A stretch of DNA of 64,000 bases, from positions 186,001-250,000 of the forward strand of contig NW_021831988.1 of assembly GCF_006345805.1 (NCBI RefSeq), in the 5' to 3' direction. Source of the stretch: Octopus sinensis. Its lineage: Eukaryota. The notes under the pieces are model-generated. The model did no database searches, had not been told where the DNA came from, and worked only from the letters and a program-made list of their open reading frames with translations. A program made the position numbers and the translations under genes. This document shows, piece after piece, positions 1 to 12,726 of the stretch (positions within the stretch are counted from its first letter, which is position 1; each line of letters begins with the position of its first letter).

Positions 1-315
1 AAACAAGAAAAAACAACAAAGGCAAACATCAATTCAAGTACAAAAACCTCACAAAAAACAACTACTAATAAAAAAGTTACTAATCAAACAAAAAACACTA
101 AAACTCCCAAAATTACAACTTCGACGCATAAAATGACGACAGCTGCCCCACATGCCAAAACGACAATTGCCACACAGGTTAAAAATAATTCTAAAAAAGT
201 TATTGGAATAATTGCCGGTGTTCTCGCAATAATATGTGTATTTGGATTAATCTACTATTTCATTCACCGAAAAACGAAGAAGAATAATTACGGGGAACTC
301 AATCGCTTATTATAA
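1..315 (+). CDS. 3' part of a type I membrane protein (Thr/Lys-rich mucin-like stalk, TM helix, short tail); 5' end lies outside the window
   Basis: Frame 1 is open from base 1: T/K-rich stalk, then hydrophobic VIGIIAGVLAIICVFGLIYYFI, basic stop-transfer HRKTKK and a YGEL motif before TAA. Confidence 0.55.
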   Translation, partial: KQEKTTKANINSSTKTSQKTTTNKKVTNQTKNTKTPKITTSTHKMTTAAPHAKTTIATQVKNNSKKVIGIIAGVLAIICVFGLIYYFIHRKTKKNNYGELNRLL

Positions 316-1356
316 TCGTTATCAGTAACTAATAAGACTAATTTTAATTATTCGTTTATTGGTATTTTTTGATTTCATTTTTTCTTGTGGTGTGTTTCAC
401 CCGAGCACTACCATTACCGATGGATCTATCTACGAAGTCTCTTGAAAGACAAATTAGTAATAATGTAGACGGTGATTCGGCTTTTTTGCTTTTAGCGATT
501 CGATGTGAAATCATGTAAGAGATTTTTGATAATATAAAATTGAGGTCAAAATTGAATGAATCATCTATTTGTCAAATATTTTTTTGTTCTTAAAAAATCG
601 GTTTTCTGATATTTTCGTGATTATTAGGAACTTAATACTGCAAAAGTAATGAAGGCTTCATGTATTTAGGTGAAAGAATTTTGTGACAGATAATACACTG
701 CGGATGTTCACAATGTTTTTATTCACTGAAAATCTCGAATTCCTCGTCACACGCTTTTAGAAGTTGGAGGTCAATGTTTCCTTTTCTTGTTGAAGAATGT
801 CCTTCATTCCAAATTTAATTTTTTTAGGAGGACGTTTTAAAAAAGGACACTGCGAGGACAATAATTTTAAATCAACTTCTCAACTTGGGCGCCACAAATA
901 GTCTGTACACTCAGAAAATTGTTGCTCGAATATTTAAGTCAAAAGAACGGAATTTGATTCATAGCCAAAGCTTGAATGGTTTAATAAATCACAACATAAA
1001 CCGAGATTAGAAGCATCATATGCTGTAATTTTAATTTATACTTGAACAAATAGGTCTCAATGATTATTGCAAAAAACAAAGCTGCACATAATTCTGGGGG
1101 AAAGTTAATTAACCCTGCGGGTCTTGAAATGTTAATTACTTTCCTGTTGAAGACACAATTCCAACCTCAACCTTTCTTTACTTTATTTAAAGAATATCAG
1201 GAACTCAATTTTCACCAAGGCTCTTGATTGGACTTCAATCTAATTAGAATGTTTTCAAATGTGCTTAATTATTAAATTTTTGACATTCTCATTAATGTTT
1301 TATTGATAAAAAAGAAACTAATTAACTAAGTAATTTTTCTAACTACGTCCAGAGCC

Positions 1357-1700
1357 TTAGAAGTAAGCAGAGGATGGCACTCCACACATCTCCTCCCCTT
1401 CTTCCCCCTCTTCTCTGGCACGGTAGACCTCCGAGAAGGTGTAGTCCGGCGCCTCTCGCTGACTAAATGTCAGGAAAAGGCTGGATCGGCGAGCATCAAA
1501 CGAGACACTCTCCAGAGTTTTCTTAAGAACAGTTGACTGTATATAATCCCGTAGAGACTTATCTACACCCAACTGTCTTAAGTACCGCTTGTGGTATTTG
1601 ATGACCAGTCCATCCCATCAGGGAATGACATGGACTTTGCACTGGTGCATCAATCCTAGCTCGTTTACAAGGATTAAAGAAAAATCAGAGACTCACGGAA
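1357..1700 (-). mobile_element. Degenerate 3' fragment of an RLE-type non-LTR retrotransposon related to the 23.3-26.8 kb element
   Basis: Translation includes YIQSTVLKKTLES, matching YIQSVTIKKTLES near the C-terminus of the intact RT ORF; GC-richer than flanks; upstream part is frame-disrupted. Confidence 0.6.
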
Positions 1701-2309
1701 AATGCCGCCAGCAAAATCGTTGAAAAAAGTATGATTTTATCAAATCCATCTCGATCTACAAGATTAAAAAAATTAATACATTTCTGTCTCCTATCTTTAT
1801 GTTTTGTTGTTTTTCTAGAGTCTGCTGCAAGCAAGACTCCTCTGCGGTATTGTATTGCTATAATCGTAGTTCCACTCTTAAATTAATTACAAGTTGAAAA
1901 TAAACATCCATTATACTACACTTGAGAAAATATTATTTTTTTCTCTTTTTTAGAACATTGATTTGGATTTGATTCATATTTTTCAAAATATACATTTTTA
2001 TAAAATAATATATTAGATAAACTCAAAATCATTGAGAAAGTTTTCAAAAAATCATTATAGAGAAATAAAAATGAAAATTTGTCATTACTTCGGTAGAAAC
2101 CCTCTGGACCTTCGAGAAAATTCGTCTGAATCATTATCTTAGATAAACTGCACATATAAAAAGGCATTTAATGTTATCGAACAATTATTGTCAGTATTAT
2201 GTTTATCTTAATAATAAAATGGTATGGTGTGTGTCTGTCTGTCTGTGTGTCTGTCTGTGTGTCTGTCTGTCTGTCTGTCTGTGTGTGCACACCAACTTCA
2301 AATTGGCAA

Positions 2310-3390
2310 TACGATGTCCTCGACTTACATGATGAGGTCCTTAAAACCTTCCCCCCAAAAAAATAAAAAAAAAATTTTCTGCATTTTGGTTAAAATGAAC
2401 AACTACAATGTCCTCGACTTACATGATGAAGTCCTTAAAACCTTCCCCCCCAAAAAAAATTAAAAAAAAATTTTCTGCATTTTGGTTAAAATGAACAACT
2501 ACAATGTCCTCGACTTACATGATGAAGTCCTTAAAACCTTCCCCCCCAAAAAAATTAAAAAAAAAATTTTCTGCATTTTGGTTAAAATGAACAACTACAA
2601 TGTCCTCGATTTACATGATGAAGTCCTTAAAACATTCCCCCCCAAAAAAATTAAAAAAAAATTTTCTGCATTTTGGTTAAAATGAACAACTACAATGTCC
2701 TCGACTTACATGATGAAGTCCTTAAAACCTTCCCCCCAAAAAAATAAAAAAAAAATTTTCTGCATTTTGGTTAAAATGAACAACTACAATGTCCTCGACT
2801 TACATGATGAAGTCCTTAAAACCTCCCCCCAAAAAAATAAAAAAAAAATTTTCTGCATTTTGGTTAAAATGAACAACTACAATGTCCTCGACTTACATGA
2901 TGAAGTCCTTAAAACCTTCCCCCCAAAAAAAATTAAAAAAAAATTTTCTGCATTTTGGTTAAAATGAACAACTACAATGTCCTCGACTTACATGATGAAG
3001 TCCTTAAAACCTTCCCCCCCAAAAAAATTAAAAAAAAATTTTCTGCATTTTGGTTAAAATGAACAACTACAATGTCCTCGACTTACATGATGAAGTCCTT
3101 AAAACCTTCCCCCCAAAAAAAATTAAAAAAAAATTTTCTGCATTTTGGTTAAAATGAACAACTACAATGTCCTCGACTTACATGATGAAGTCCTTAAAAC
3201 CTTCCCTCCCAAAAAAAATTAAAAAAAAATTTTCTGCATTTTGGTTAAAATGAACAACTACAATGTCCTCGACTTACATGATGAAGTCCTTAAAACCTTC
3301 CCCCCAAAAAATCAAAAAATTATTTTCTGCATTTTGATTAAAATGAACAACGCGAATGTCCTCGACATTCATGATGAGGTCCATTAAAAC
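2310..3390 (+). repeat. ~95-bp minisatellite, about 11 units, inside Helitron 1
   Basis: Unit aaaatgaacaactacaatgtcctcgacttacatgatgaagtccttaaaaccttccccccaaaaaaattaaaaaaaaattttctgcattttggtt; units differ mainly in homopolymer length. Confidence 0.95.
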
Positions 3391-3616
3391 CTTCAAGGCA
3401 AAAATCTCACGTATTAAGAATATCCTTGATGAAAACGACAGCGAGAATATTAACAATGATGAACTCCCAATTATTCGCGATAAAGAAATTCAATTCATCC
3501 TATGTTTTTCTCTTTAAAATTAAATGCATATATCATTATCGACCATGAATCAAAATTAAAGCTATTATCATATTTGACTTTGACAGAATGTGCAATCACA
3601 GATTGCACGACTTTGA

Positions 3617-3810
3617 ATAGAGTGTGCAATTAACAGATTTTGAAAAACCACTTTGATAGTTGAAACCACATTAGCACAATCATTAACACAATTTACCACC
3701 AATTGACGCACGACCTTGAATAGAGTGTGCAATTAACAGATTTTGAAAAACACTTTGATAGTTGAAACCACATTAGCACAACCATTAACACAATTTACCA
3801 CCAATTGACA
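3617..3810 (+). repeat. Two-copy ~100-bp tandem duplication inside the Helitron
   Basis: gaatagagtgtgcaattaacagattttgaaaaa...caccaattgac occurs twice; mirrored at ~37920-38115 in copy 2. Confidence 0.85.
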
Positions 3811-4160
3811 GCGCAATCAGAAGAATTTGCGTAAAAATATTAACTATTTACTTGAGTTTTTCGTAAAGATAGAATTTATTTTCGGTATGCCTCTTTTCCT
3901 AAACTTTTTTATTATTCAAAAATAATTTTTTAAATAGATAACCGAAGGAGGAAAAACGAAGCTGAAGAAAAAACGGTCAGCTTAATAAGGTAATTAATTA
4001 AATCTTTTTTGTGTGTCGCTTTCTTGCCTGCCGCATCTCCCCCTGCCCCATTTCCGCCAGTAAAAAACAAAAAAATAAAAAAAGAAAAAAAAGGAAATTA
4101 CAAAGGAAAAATGAAAAAATTAAATATAAAAAAAATAGACCACAAAAAATGAAAAAAAAG

Positions 4161-4349
4161 TTTGCAATGACAATAAACAAGGCCCAGGGACAGTCATTAA
4201 AGGTAGTTGGGTTATTTTTAGAGAGTGAGTGCTTTTCACATGGACAGCTGTATGTGGGATGCTCGAGGGTAGGCAGAAGAGAAAATTTATTCATATATGC
4301 CAAGGAAGGACGGACGACAAACATCGTTTATCAACAGGCGATAGAATAG
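4161..4349 (+). pseudogene. C-terminal fragment of a PIF1-like Helitron helicase
   Basis: FAMTINKAQGQSLKVVGLFLESECFSHGQLYVGCSRV...TTNIVY: helicase motifs V/VI typical of RepHel proteins. Confidence 0.8.
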
Positions 4350-4461
4350 GGTTACATTAAACCAGGTAGTTTTATACATCTACATAAACTTATAGTTGTT
4401 TGATGAAACAGGCCCTCCGCAGGAGCTAGGTCGCGGTGAGCGAAGCGAGCTGCCGAGCTAG

Positions 4462-5105
4462 TGATAGATATGTAACCTGGCGGATTGCCAAACTGTTTCC
4501 CCGGATAATGGCGATCGAGAACCGTTGCATTAGCCAGTCCGCCTCCCGAGGATCATGGGTGCGCATTGAGATTTTGGCTCCGAGCTTGCGAAGGAACTTT
4601 TCAGTTTTTGGACCGAGAGCACCCGACGTCTCCGTGCGATCGGCACCACGGAAAACTCCTCCGAGAGGGCAGAATATTTTGATAGCTTCAAATCTTCAGC
4701 CTTCTTAGCTGCAGATTTGGCCTCCAGAGCACACGAAGTTAAGTGAGAAGCAGAAAAGGTGTCCCAGCAGGTTGCATCCCATACGAAGCCTTTTCCGCCT
4801 TCGAAGGGGAAAAGGGTCATCCCGTCAGGACGTTTCCCGTCGCCGCGGTCAAGACCCGGTGGTTCGAAGACCGAAGGAAATCCGCCGAGTCGAGGGGCCT
4901 CCGTATGATGTCATTCATAGCAGAGTGCCTTGGGAAAAGGCCGGCACTCCTCTTGCACGATAAAGGGTGGAGACCGAAAGGGTCAACAGTGCAGCCACAG
5001 CGGCACGTGTGCGGGACACATTGCCTTAGTCCGAGTCGCAGAGAGACTCCCATCCTTACCGCTTCATCGTCAAGGAGAGTGCCAGATGGGGCAACAAACT
5101 GGAAT
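4462..5105 (-). mobile_element. 5'-truncated CRE-like non-LTR retrotransposon (RLE domain) with two frameshifts
   Basis: LRLGLRQCVPHTCRCG...PRHSAMNDII...DGKRPDGMTLFP...VWDATCWDTF...WLMQRFSIAIIRGN across shifted frames. Confidence 0.75.
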
Positions 5106-5305
5106 AGGTAACCAATTTCAATTAAATGTATTAAATCTTCATCTTTAGCGAAAATGTGAAAAAAATTTTAAATCGAACTGAAAAGATCTAAATAATAAAA
5201 AACCTGAAAATAATCGATTTCGTAACTACAGTAACGTTGCGACTTGTGCGAACGGCCCGCAACAAGAAATACATAAATTGGATTACGGTAATTTGCTAGT
5301 CGACA

Positions 5306-5575
5306 ATGTCGGACAAGAAGGCGGTGGTTAAAAATGTTAATATGAGTGAGGTGATGCAGCAAGATGCCCTCGACGCTGCTGTGTTGGGAATGGAAAAGTA
5401 TAACATTGAGAAGGACATTGCTGCATACATCAAAAAGGAATTTGATAAGAAATATTCGGCCACTTGGCATTGTGTTGTCGGTCGCAATTTTGGCAGTTAC
5501 GTGACACACGAATCGAACCACTTTATTTATTTCTACTGTGGACAAGTTGCCATTCTTCTCTTCAAGTCTGGATAG
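5306..5575 (+). CDS. DYNLL: Dynein light chain LC8, paralog A (intronless)
   Basis: 89 aa with hallmark [16 protein letters not shown] and C-terminal ILLFKSG. Confidence 0.97.
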   Translation: MSDKKAVVKNVNMSEVMQQDALDAAVLGMEKYNIEKDIAAYIKKEFDKKYSATWHCVVGRNFGSYVTHESNHFIYFYCGQVAILLFKSG

Positions 5576-5703
5576 TTAACTTTCTCACTTTTGGATTTCC
5601 TTTCTTTTTACTAATTCGTTCATTCTCCTTAGTGCTCCGCAGCCATATGGAAACTTGATATAATTTTTTAAAACTAATTGGAAAGTACCCAATTGTGAAT
5701 ATA

Positions 5704-6611
5704 CACCCCTCGACATTAAAATCCGGACAGTTAATAAATCGTCATTTTTATTATTAATTTAGAAAAAAAAACCTTTGAGCATAATATTTTTTTTCTATAT
5801 TTTTATATTAAAAAAAATATATTTACAAAAGTTTTATAAAACGATATTTAAAAGCATAAAACGTGTTTTCAGTGGCGTAAAATTCCGGACACTTTTGCTA
5901 TTATAGTTAAAAGAGCTAATTTTTTTAATATTTTAGAACAAATTAATGGATTCTTTTTGTAAAGGACAATTATTTCTATTACCAGCAAAATTTTTCTTAA
6001 GGAGAATTTCTGATATCCTCGGAGTTCCGAAATCGACCGTTTTGATGTTATTCGAAATACATAAACTCAGGAACCATTTATAGAAAAGAGTGGTCTGGAA
6101 GACCAACATTACTCAATACAAACGAAATCAAAATATTAGTGGAACTTTCTGAAGCAATAGTGAAAAATCTGCTAAAGACCTCGCTCTAGAAATGAAAACC
6201 ATCACTCAAAAGTATTTCCCCGCGAAAATTACCCGCAATTTGAATAAAACGGTTTATTTGGAAGAGTAGCAAAAAAAAACCATTGTTGAGTAAAAAAACA
6301 TACTCAAAAGATATGAATATCGAAAATATTCGTTGGTATGTGTGATGAAGGATGAGATCAGTCATTTTTTCAGACGAGTGACTTTTGAAGTTTATTATGC
6401 ACGTAAAAGAAAAATTATATACCGAAAAAGGGAAATGAATTCAAAAATTCAAATTATCAGCCACTTTATTCTCATTTTTAAAAGATTTATAAATAAATAT
6501 TATAAAATTAAAAAATATAGATGATATTAGCATGCTTAAGTTTTTAATTTAATAAAATTGATAATAAAAATGACGATTTATTAACTGTCCGGATTTTAAT
6601 GTCGAGGGGTG
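5704..6611 (+). mobile_element. Tc1/mariner deletion derivative
   Basis: ~45-bp TIRs (cacccctcgacattaaaatccggacagttaataaatcgtcattttt and its reverse complement) flanked by TA; internal relics SGRPTLL and GRVAKKKPLLSKK. Confidence 0.85.
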
Positions 6612-6789
6612 TATACACTTCATTTAGTCGATACATGTAATCGTAATAACCAAATATGTTTGCTATACTTTCAAAATAATCAATGGTGTTATAAAGTGGT
6701 GCGGATCTGAATGCAAAATAATAAAAAACCTGCGAATAATCTATCTGGAAAGCCTATTAGCGAATCCTCTACCCTTCTTATCAGAAACC

Positions 6790-7640
6790 TATCTATCGGT
6801 CAGGGTACGAGACAAGTACTCTATGTCATTTGAAACAACATCGGGAACACCTTGAGGGGATTGGTTATCTCCTATTCTGTTTGTCACATATTTGAACGCA
6901 GCATTGAGAGAATTAAAGGCATACCATAAAGGGAAGATTAATGTGGTGGCATACGCTGATGATGTGGATTTAATTTCATCCGACAGGAATGCACTGGACA
7001 GTCTATTTGAAGATGATGGTAAATAAACTTGCTGAGTAGTTTCTCAATGTAAATGTGGAGAAAACAGAATTTACTGAACTCGTCAGACAAAATTCTAAGC
7101 TTGACTGGAGAAAAGTTAAGAAACTTTGATCTTTATTGGGAGACAAACAAGAGGTGATTCTGCCTAAAAAACATGCAAACAGCGCACTATGCAGCTTAAA
7201 GGAAAGTTTGCTAAATCGCAAAGGACTCAGTAAACAAACACAGACACGCTTTCACTGATGAAACCTATCATCCTTTTTAATGCTGGAACATGGGACTTAC
7301 TGATACGGACAATCTGAATCTAGATTGGTTCCATAGAGACCAACTTGGGCACATTCTAGCCCCTAAATGGCATTCGAGGCTCAGCAGTATAACAGGTTAT
7401 ACCAGAACATCAACCAAACTAATCTCTCTCGAAATTACTGCATGCAGATCGAGGCTATTCGGACACATTCTAAGGATGAATTTGAAGGCACCGGAAGACT
7501 ATTTCGTAACTGACGACCATCGACTCCGTGGACGCATAAAAAATACACTGCCGGGACCTTCGGAGAGTGGGGAAAAATTTTAAGGATGGGGACGATCTTG
7601 ATGCATTACGGGACGTCGGCCAAGATAGAGAAAAATGGAC
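6790..7640 (+). mobile_element. Degenerate RTE/L2-like LINE reverse transcriptase remnant
   Basis: GDWLSPILFVTYLNAALREL, VVAYADDVDLI and RSRLFGHILRM; interrupted by stops and frameshifts. Confidence 0.65.
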
Positions 7641-7812
7641 AAAACGAATTTAACTCTTATTGTTTTTTGTGCTGCACAAATTTTGTCATGACCCATGGCA
7701 TCGAAAAGTTCATTTAAAAATCGATTTCGTAACTACAGTAACGTTGCGACTTGTGCGAACGGCCCGCAACAAGAAATACATAAATTGGATTACGGTAATT
7801 GGTTAGCTGAGA

Positions 7813-8082
7813 ATGTCGGACAAGAAGGCGGTGGTTAAATATTGTGATATGAGTGAGGAGATGCAGCAGGATGCCATCAACGCTGCTGTGTTGGGAATGG
7901 AAAAGTACAACATTGAGAAGGACATTGCTGCATACATCAAAAAGGAATTTGATAAGAAACATTCGGCCACCTGGCATTGTGTCGTCGGTCGCAATTTTGG
8001 CAGTTACGTGACACACGAATCGAAGAACTTTGTTTATTTCTACTGTGGACAAGTTGCCATTCTTCTCTTCAAGTCTGGATAG
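7813..8082 (+). CDS. DYNLL: Dynein light chain LC8, paralog B (intronless)
   Basis: 89 aa with the same LC8 hallmarks; 10 aa differences from paralog A. Confidence 0.97.
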   Translation: MSDKKAVVKYCDMSEEMQQDAINAAVLGMEKYNIEKDIAAYIKKEFDKKHSATWHCVVGRNFGSYVTHESKNFVYFYCGQVAILLFKSG

Positions 8083-8553
8083 TTAGTCTTCTCATTTTCG
8101 GATTTCCTTTCTTTTTACTAATTCGTTCATTCTGTTTAGTTTCCCACTGGCATATGCTTTGTAGTAATCTGGTTTTGCCAAATCAGTGTGTCTTTATTAA
8201 TCAAGTCCGCTCTTTTTGGCTATACTCATGACTTAACAGGGTCCATCTGAATATCCAATTAATCTCAATATTTTTTCGCGTTTAACGACATGGGGATTAT
8301 CCCAACTTTTGCTCAGTTCATTTAATCGGCGGCCCATCAGGTCACATTCGCCTTGTTGCTTTCATTTAGTAAAAATTACTTATTTAGTCTGATTTATTAA
8401 TTACTGTGGTTGTATTCATATAAATAGAATAACATAACTCAAACATATTAAATTAAAACATCATTCGTTTAGTTATCTTAGGAATGTCCCGGTCGTCTTG
8501 CCGTGTGAAAATCGGTTCCCAAATAAAGAAGAAGACAGGCCTACAAAGCAAAG

Positions 8554-9286
8554 TCACCGCCAACTGGAAGGAAGACGACTTGTGGTGGACTTGGTCATGT
8601 CAGTGGAAGGATCGAACATATCTCTGTTGGCATCCTTCTCCTTTCTCCTCCTCTTATGCTGCTCCAACAGAGACTCACTTTTGTGTGTTTTCTGACATTA
8701 TCACACAACACAATACTTCATATTCTTCCATCGCCTCCCACATCTTCGCGTCATATTCTGCAGCTTCCTTCTCCATTAATTCCCGCTCTTTTTTATCGAT
8801 TTTCTACTAATTTATATATATTACTGGTTTCTTGGTGGCGGACGTCATTTTCCCGGATATGGACGTCCACAGAGACCGGGCTGTGTCCTCGTCGGAGGAA
8901 TCAGCCTTCCTTCTGGTGGAGAGTGAAAATCCGCAGTTCTTTTTTAAATTGGCGGGCATTTCAGTCATCCATTCCTCGTGACATGCCCTTTTGGGTGACT
9001 TTCTTGCCAGTTTGTGTCTCATTTCGTTACTTTGTGACTCAATTGAGTCAGCAGTACAGTCGATGGCACTCGGTCGGCCTTCTTCTGGGCCTTCGAAGGG
9101 CACAGGACCGATCATTTCCTCGTCCTCTGATTCATTCGTTTCGTATATTTTTGTTGTCTGGCCGGACGGAGGCAAAAGAGGACCGAAGAACTCATCGTCT
9201 TGAGATGTACTGGCTAAAAGTGTAAAAGATGGAATACAGGTTTCTGTGACATTTGTGGGTAGTTCTGGTCCGTATTGTTCACTCAT
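8554..9286 (-). CDS. GPALPP1: GPALPP motif-containing protein 1-like
   Basis: YGPELP/FGPLLPP/IGPVP motifs, HEEWMTEMP and SESLLEQHK...DMFDP; splicing out a 21-nt (8804-8824) and a 25-nt intron restores one frame. Confidence 0.7.
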
Positions 9287-9340
9287 ATTACAGATAAACC
9301 TGACACCACAAAGATCGAACTTGTATCGAATTAATCAAAA

Positions 9341-10050
9341 CGCACTTCCGTTGGCGTCCAATGGTCTGCTTATGGAAGACGAAACTATACGTATCGGAGT
9401 GTGTCTTCGACTTGGACTTGAAATCTGCCAACCTCACCGTTGTCGCTGTGGTTTTTTGATTCCTTCGAACGGTTTACACGCATTGTCCTGTAGGAGGAGT
9501 GCTGGCCGATTTCCCCGCCACGTCCTCCTCAATGAAGTGGTGAAAAGGGCTTTGGATTCTGCGGGATTCCCATCGACCCTTGAACCTATTGGGCTCTGCC
9601 GCAGTGACGGAAAGCGTCCTGACGGGATGACTATATTCCCCTTTAGAGGAGGAAGGTCTCTTGTTTGGGATGTAACTTGCGTCGACTCCTTTTCAGATAC
9701 TGTGCTCACAGGAACAGCCAGTACACCAGGCTACGCATGTGCGCTGGCAGAAGAAAGGAAGTTGACGAAGTACGCTGTGCTTCCGAACGTCGTTGAGTTT
9801 GTCCCCCTAGCCTTTGAGACCTCCGGTGTGGTTGGAAAGAAGGTAGAAAATCTGTTACGGGTTGTGGGAGGAAGAATCTCACAGAATACAAATGACCGGA
9901 GGGAGACGAGCTGGCTTTTCCAGCGCATCTCGGTTGCAATTCTTCGCGGGAACTGCCTCTCTATCCGCAGTGCTTCGTCGTCGGACTAACCCTCAAGTTC
10001 ACGACATTAATTCTCTATTAATTAATTTGACTGTATTAAATTTTCATTAT

Positions 10051-10078
<28 letters not shown>
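9341..10078 (+). mobile_element. Recent 5'-truncated CRE-like retrotransposon with poly(A) tail and 12-bp TSD
   Basis: Uninterrupted RLE-domain ORF (CRCG, RHVLLNEVV, DGKRPDG, VWDVTCVDSF, WLFQRISVAILRGN); A-tract 10053-10078; AATTAATCAAAA at 9329-9340 and 10077-10088. Confidence 0.85.
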
Positions 10079-10083
<5 letters not shown>

Positions 10084-10149
10084 CAAAATATTCAAAATAA
10101 AGGAATGAACAATAAAAATATAAATAAGTAAATCAACATTTGCTATGGG

Positions 10150-12726
10150 AGTTTAAAAAATAATGGAAACTAATTCGTCAGGAAGAATCTGTGCAGTATT
10201 GAATTGTCTTTTCTCGTCTATATATGTCAGCCTATCCAGAAGATGCCCAAATTATGCCATACATCTGCCCTAGCCATATTTCCACTTTGCTCTGTGTCAT
10301 CAAACCACTTAAAAATTGTTTATTTAAACGCCTCATAAAGCACTCACTGAAGGTGTATTATTGGTTAGCCAATTTGTCAAATTTATAGTCGATGGGGATT
10401 GGAATGCACTGAGGGGAGGCGGAGAGCTCCTGTAGACGATTCCAGAAATCCCTGATCGAGCCTTGTTGGTCATCCCCGACCTGACTGCACCACAATAACT
10501 TCCCGCCCTTGAAAATCTAGAACACTGATAGGATACTAGACCATTATGTTTCCAGGAATCACGTGGTTTCGTTCATGGAGAAGGGAATTGGCGTTGTAGG
10601 CATAGAGGAGGAGGCGGAATGGGTAGTGCAGAGAACGAGTGCAGATTGAGGCATTGTTTACTATTGCTGACGAACGACGTGAAAATCTGGTCATGTGAAT
10701 CGACATGAACATTTTATATGCAGAATTATCGACTCTATCAAATCAGCAGTGGCAATACTCGTCGGGGGAGTGAACAAGAATGCAGATATATTGCCACGAC
10801 AGTTTAGAATTGGTTATGAAACAGTCGAATTCCAGGTCACTGAGAATTGGCAGTTTGCTTGCAAGACAGTGGCAGGGGTAGTATTCTCCCCGATAGAGGA
10901 ATGTCCGGATTTGTTGAGGACAAACCGATTTGTTCACCATTTCTAATTTAGGGGTCACTTTATATTCCTGCACTATATCCTTAGTGTCCTTGTACCCTCC
11001 CGTCAACGGACGATCTATTGATTGCTCATTCTAATACTTATAAAGATCTTCCGTGCTGAATTGGCAGAGGCGACGGCACGGTGACTGTTCTTGACCAATC
11101 TGACCTCCTCCCTTGCACTGAAACACAATTCTTTCCTCTTCCCACAAGTTGCCGCTTTTGGGGATTTTTGTGGAATAAATTTTCCGGCTTTTAGTTTCAA
11201 AAAAAGCCGATAAATGTCCATCCATTTGTTGACCAAAGTCCTACAATTTCAAAAATTATTTTACTTTGCTCTTTGCTCAATGTTCCTGGCCCTTTCCGAC
11301 TGCCCGATGAACAAAAAGTCGTTTTCTTTGGCCATTGAACAGTATTTCTGTTGAAACGTAATTTGGACTTCTTTGTCGACTCCAAAATCGAATGTGAGGA
11401 CAATCAGACCATGTGGGCTCACTCGTAGTCCAACATTGAGCGACAGCTTCACAAATATAAACATGAATGAACCAGAATTGACTTGAGAATTGGGAAATCG
11501 AGTCCATTTCTCCTAATAAACCGAACGAAGAGTCCTGACTCGTCAAAGAGAACTATGAATTGATCGGTCAGTACGGCTCTATTCGTAATAATGCACATTT
11601 CCTGCCTTATTTGTCCGCTCGGGTAAAAAACCAATGTTTCCTGCATGTCAGCGTCCAGGCAAAACAAGGGAGTTGATTTTTCTTTTGATAGAACGACAAT
11701 TTTTTGGTTTTTATCGCACCCGAGGGCTGCCACGACCCCAGACTTGTAACTATGAAATGTGATCCATCAATTTACAAGACAGTCGTCGAACCATCCTCAC
11801 AGTCACACAAAAACGTGTCGTGGAAAATCTGAAACTTTAGTTTGCTGAGATTTTTTTGAGTAAAATTGGTCTCAAACTCGGGATTGACGTGATACTTGAC
11901 GTGACGAGAATCACGTGACTGCTTCAGACTTTGGCTACGAAATAATGCGACTGTGACGAAAACATTTTTTTGTTGATGTTTATATTTAGTTGGATTAGTT
12001 TTGTCCTTATTCTGTTATTTTCTTTCTCGTCCAGCTTAATCCATCCTTTTTCGAAAAACACCGAGTTTGAGAGCTGAAATTGGATTTGCGGCAGAGGATA
12101 GTGTATTGCTGCTATTTATAATAATACTTTGACGACTACTCGGTTTGTTGTTCGCAATTGACTTGACTGACCCATGCAACTTGCTGGAGAATGTCGAATT
12201 CGTCGCTCTGTTTAATCAGTTTAGAGAACGAATACGCAATCGAATTTGTTTCTTTCATGGATTTGGCCTTGACCTTTGAATAAGCACAACTAAACTGTGT
12301 TTGTCGACTTTTTGTTGCAGATAATTAAATCCTGTTTCACTTGACTGACTAACAAGTCATAATTTTTGACAAGTTCTTCGATTATATTTTCCGGAAACAT
12401 TATTTTGGAATTTGTCTTTTCGATTTTTCTAAATTGTCTGTCCAAATCCTCCAAAATCGTTGTGGCGGCTGATCTAATGTTTTCGAACGAGGAGTTGGCT
12501 AAAAGTTTAACTCCGACCTTTCTTGGCCTCGAAATGAAATTGTGGAATACTTGGAAAGATCTGAAGGACCCATGAGGCCAAGCATTTCGTTTTTGGCGAC
12601 GTAGGATTTAAATTTCCTACTCTTGTAAGCAATTTGGAAGTCTCGAGGGAGTTTGGAGACGTCAATTCGTTCGTTCGAGGGCGAGGCGTGGCATTGATCA
12701 TAAAAATAAACACCGAGATCACTCAT
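10150..12726 (-). CDS. Multi-exon uncharacterised protein, weak FAM194/C3orf20-like resemblance; 3' end approximate
   Basis: Chain of minus-strand ORF segments separated by short GT-AG spacers; segments LVFYPSGQ...LFDESG, LNVGLRV and IFKGGKLLW recall the FAM194 domain. Confidence 0.35.

Larger units (their letters stand above)
2206..4461 (+). mobile_element. Non-autonomous Helitron, copy 1
   Basis: 5' TC after A (a|tcttaataataaaatgg) followed by a (GTCT)n microsatellite; 3' GC-rich segment ending CTAG|T; helicase remnant near the 3' end; second copy in inverted orientation at 37196-39905. Confidence 0.85.

Noticed and set aside
2224-2967. ORFs repeating MNNYNVLDLHDEVLKTFPPKK (also 38488-38868 and 39676-39919)
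   Set aside because: By-products of the 95-bp minisatellite; homopolymer length variation shifts frame between units.
2310-3390. Possible CRISPR-like repeat-spacer array
   Set aside because: Units are contiguous and near-identical with no unique spacers; eukaryotic context, no cas genes.
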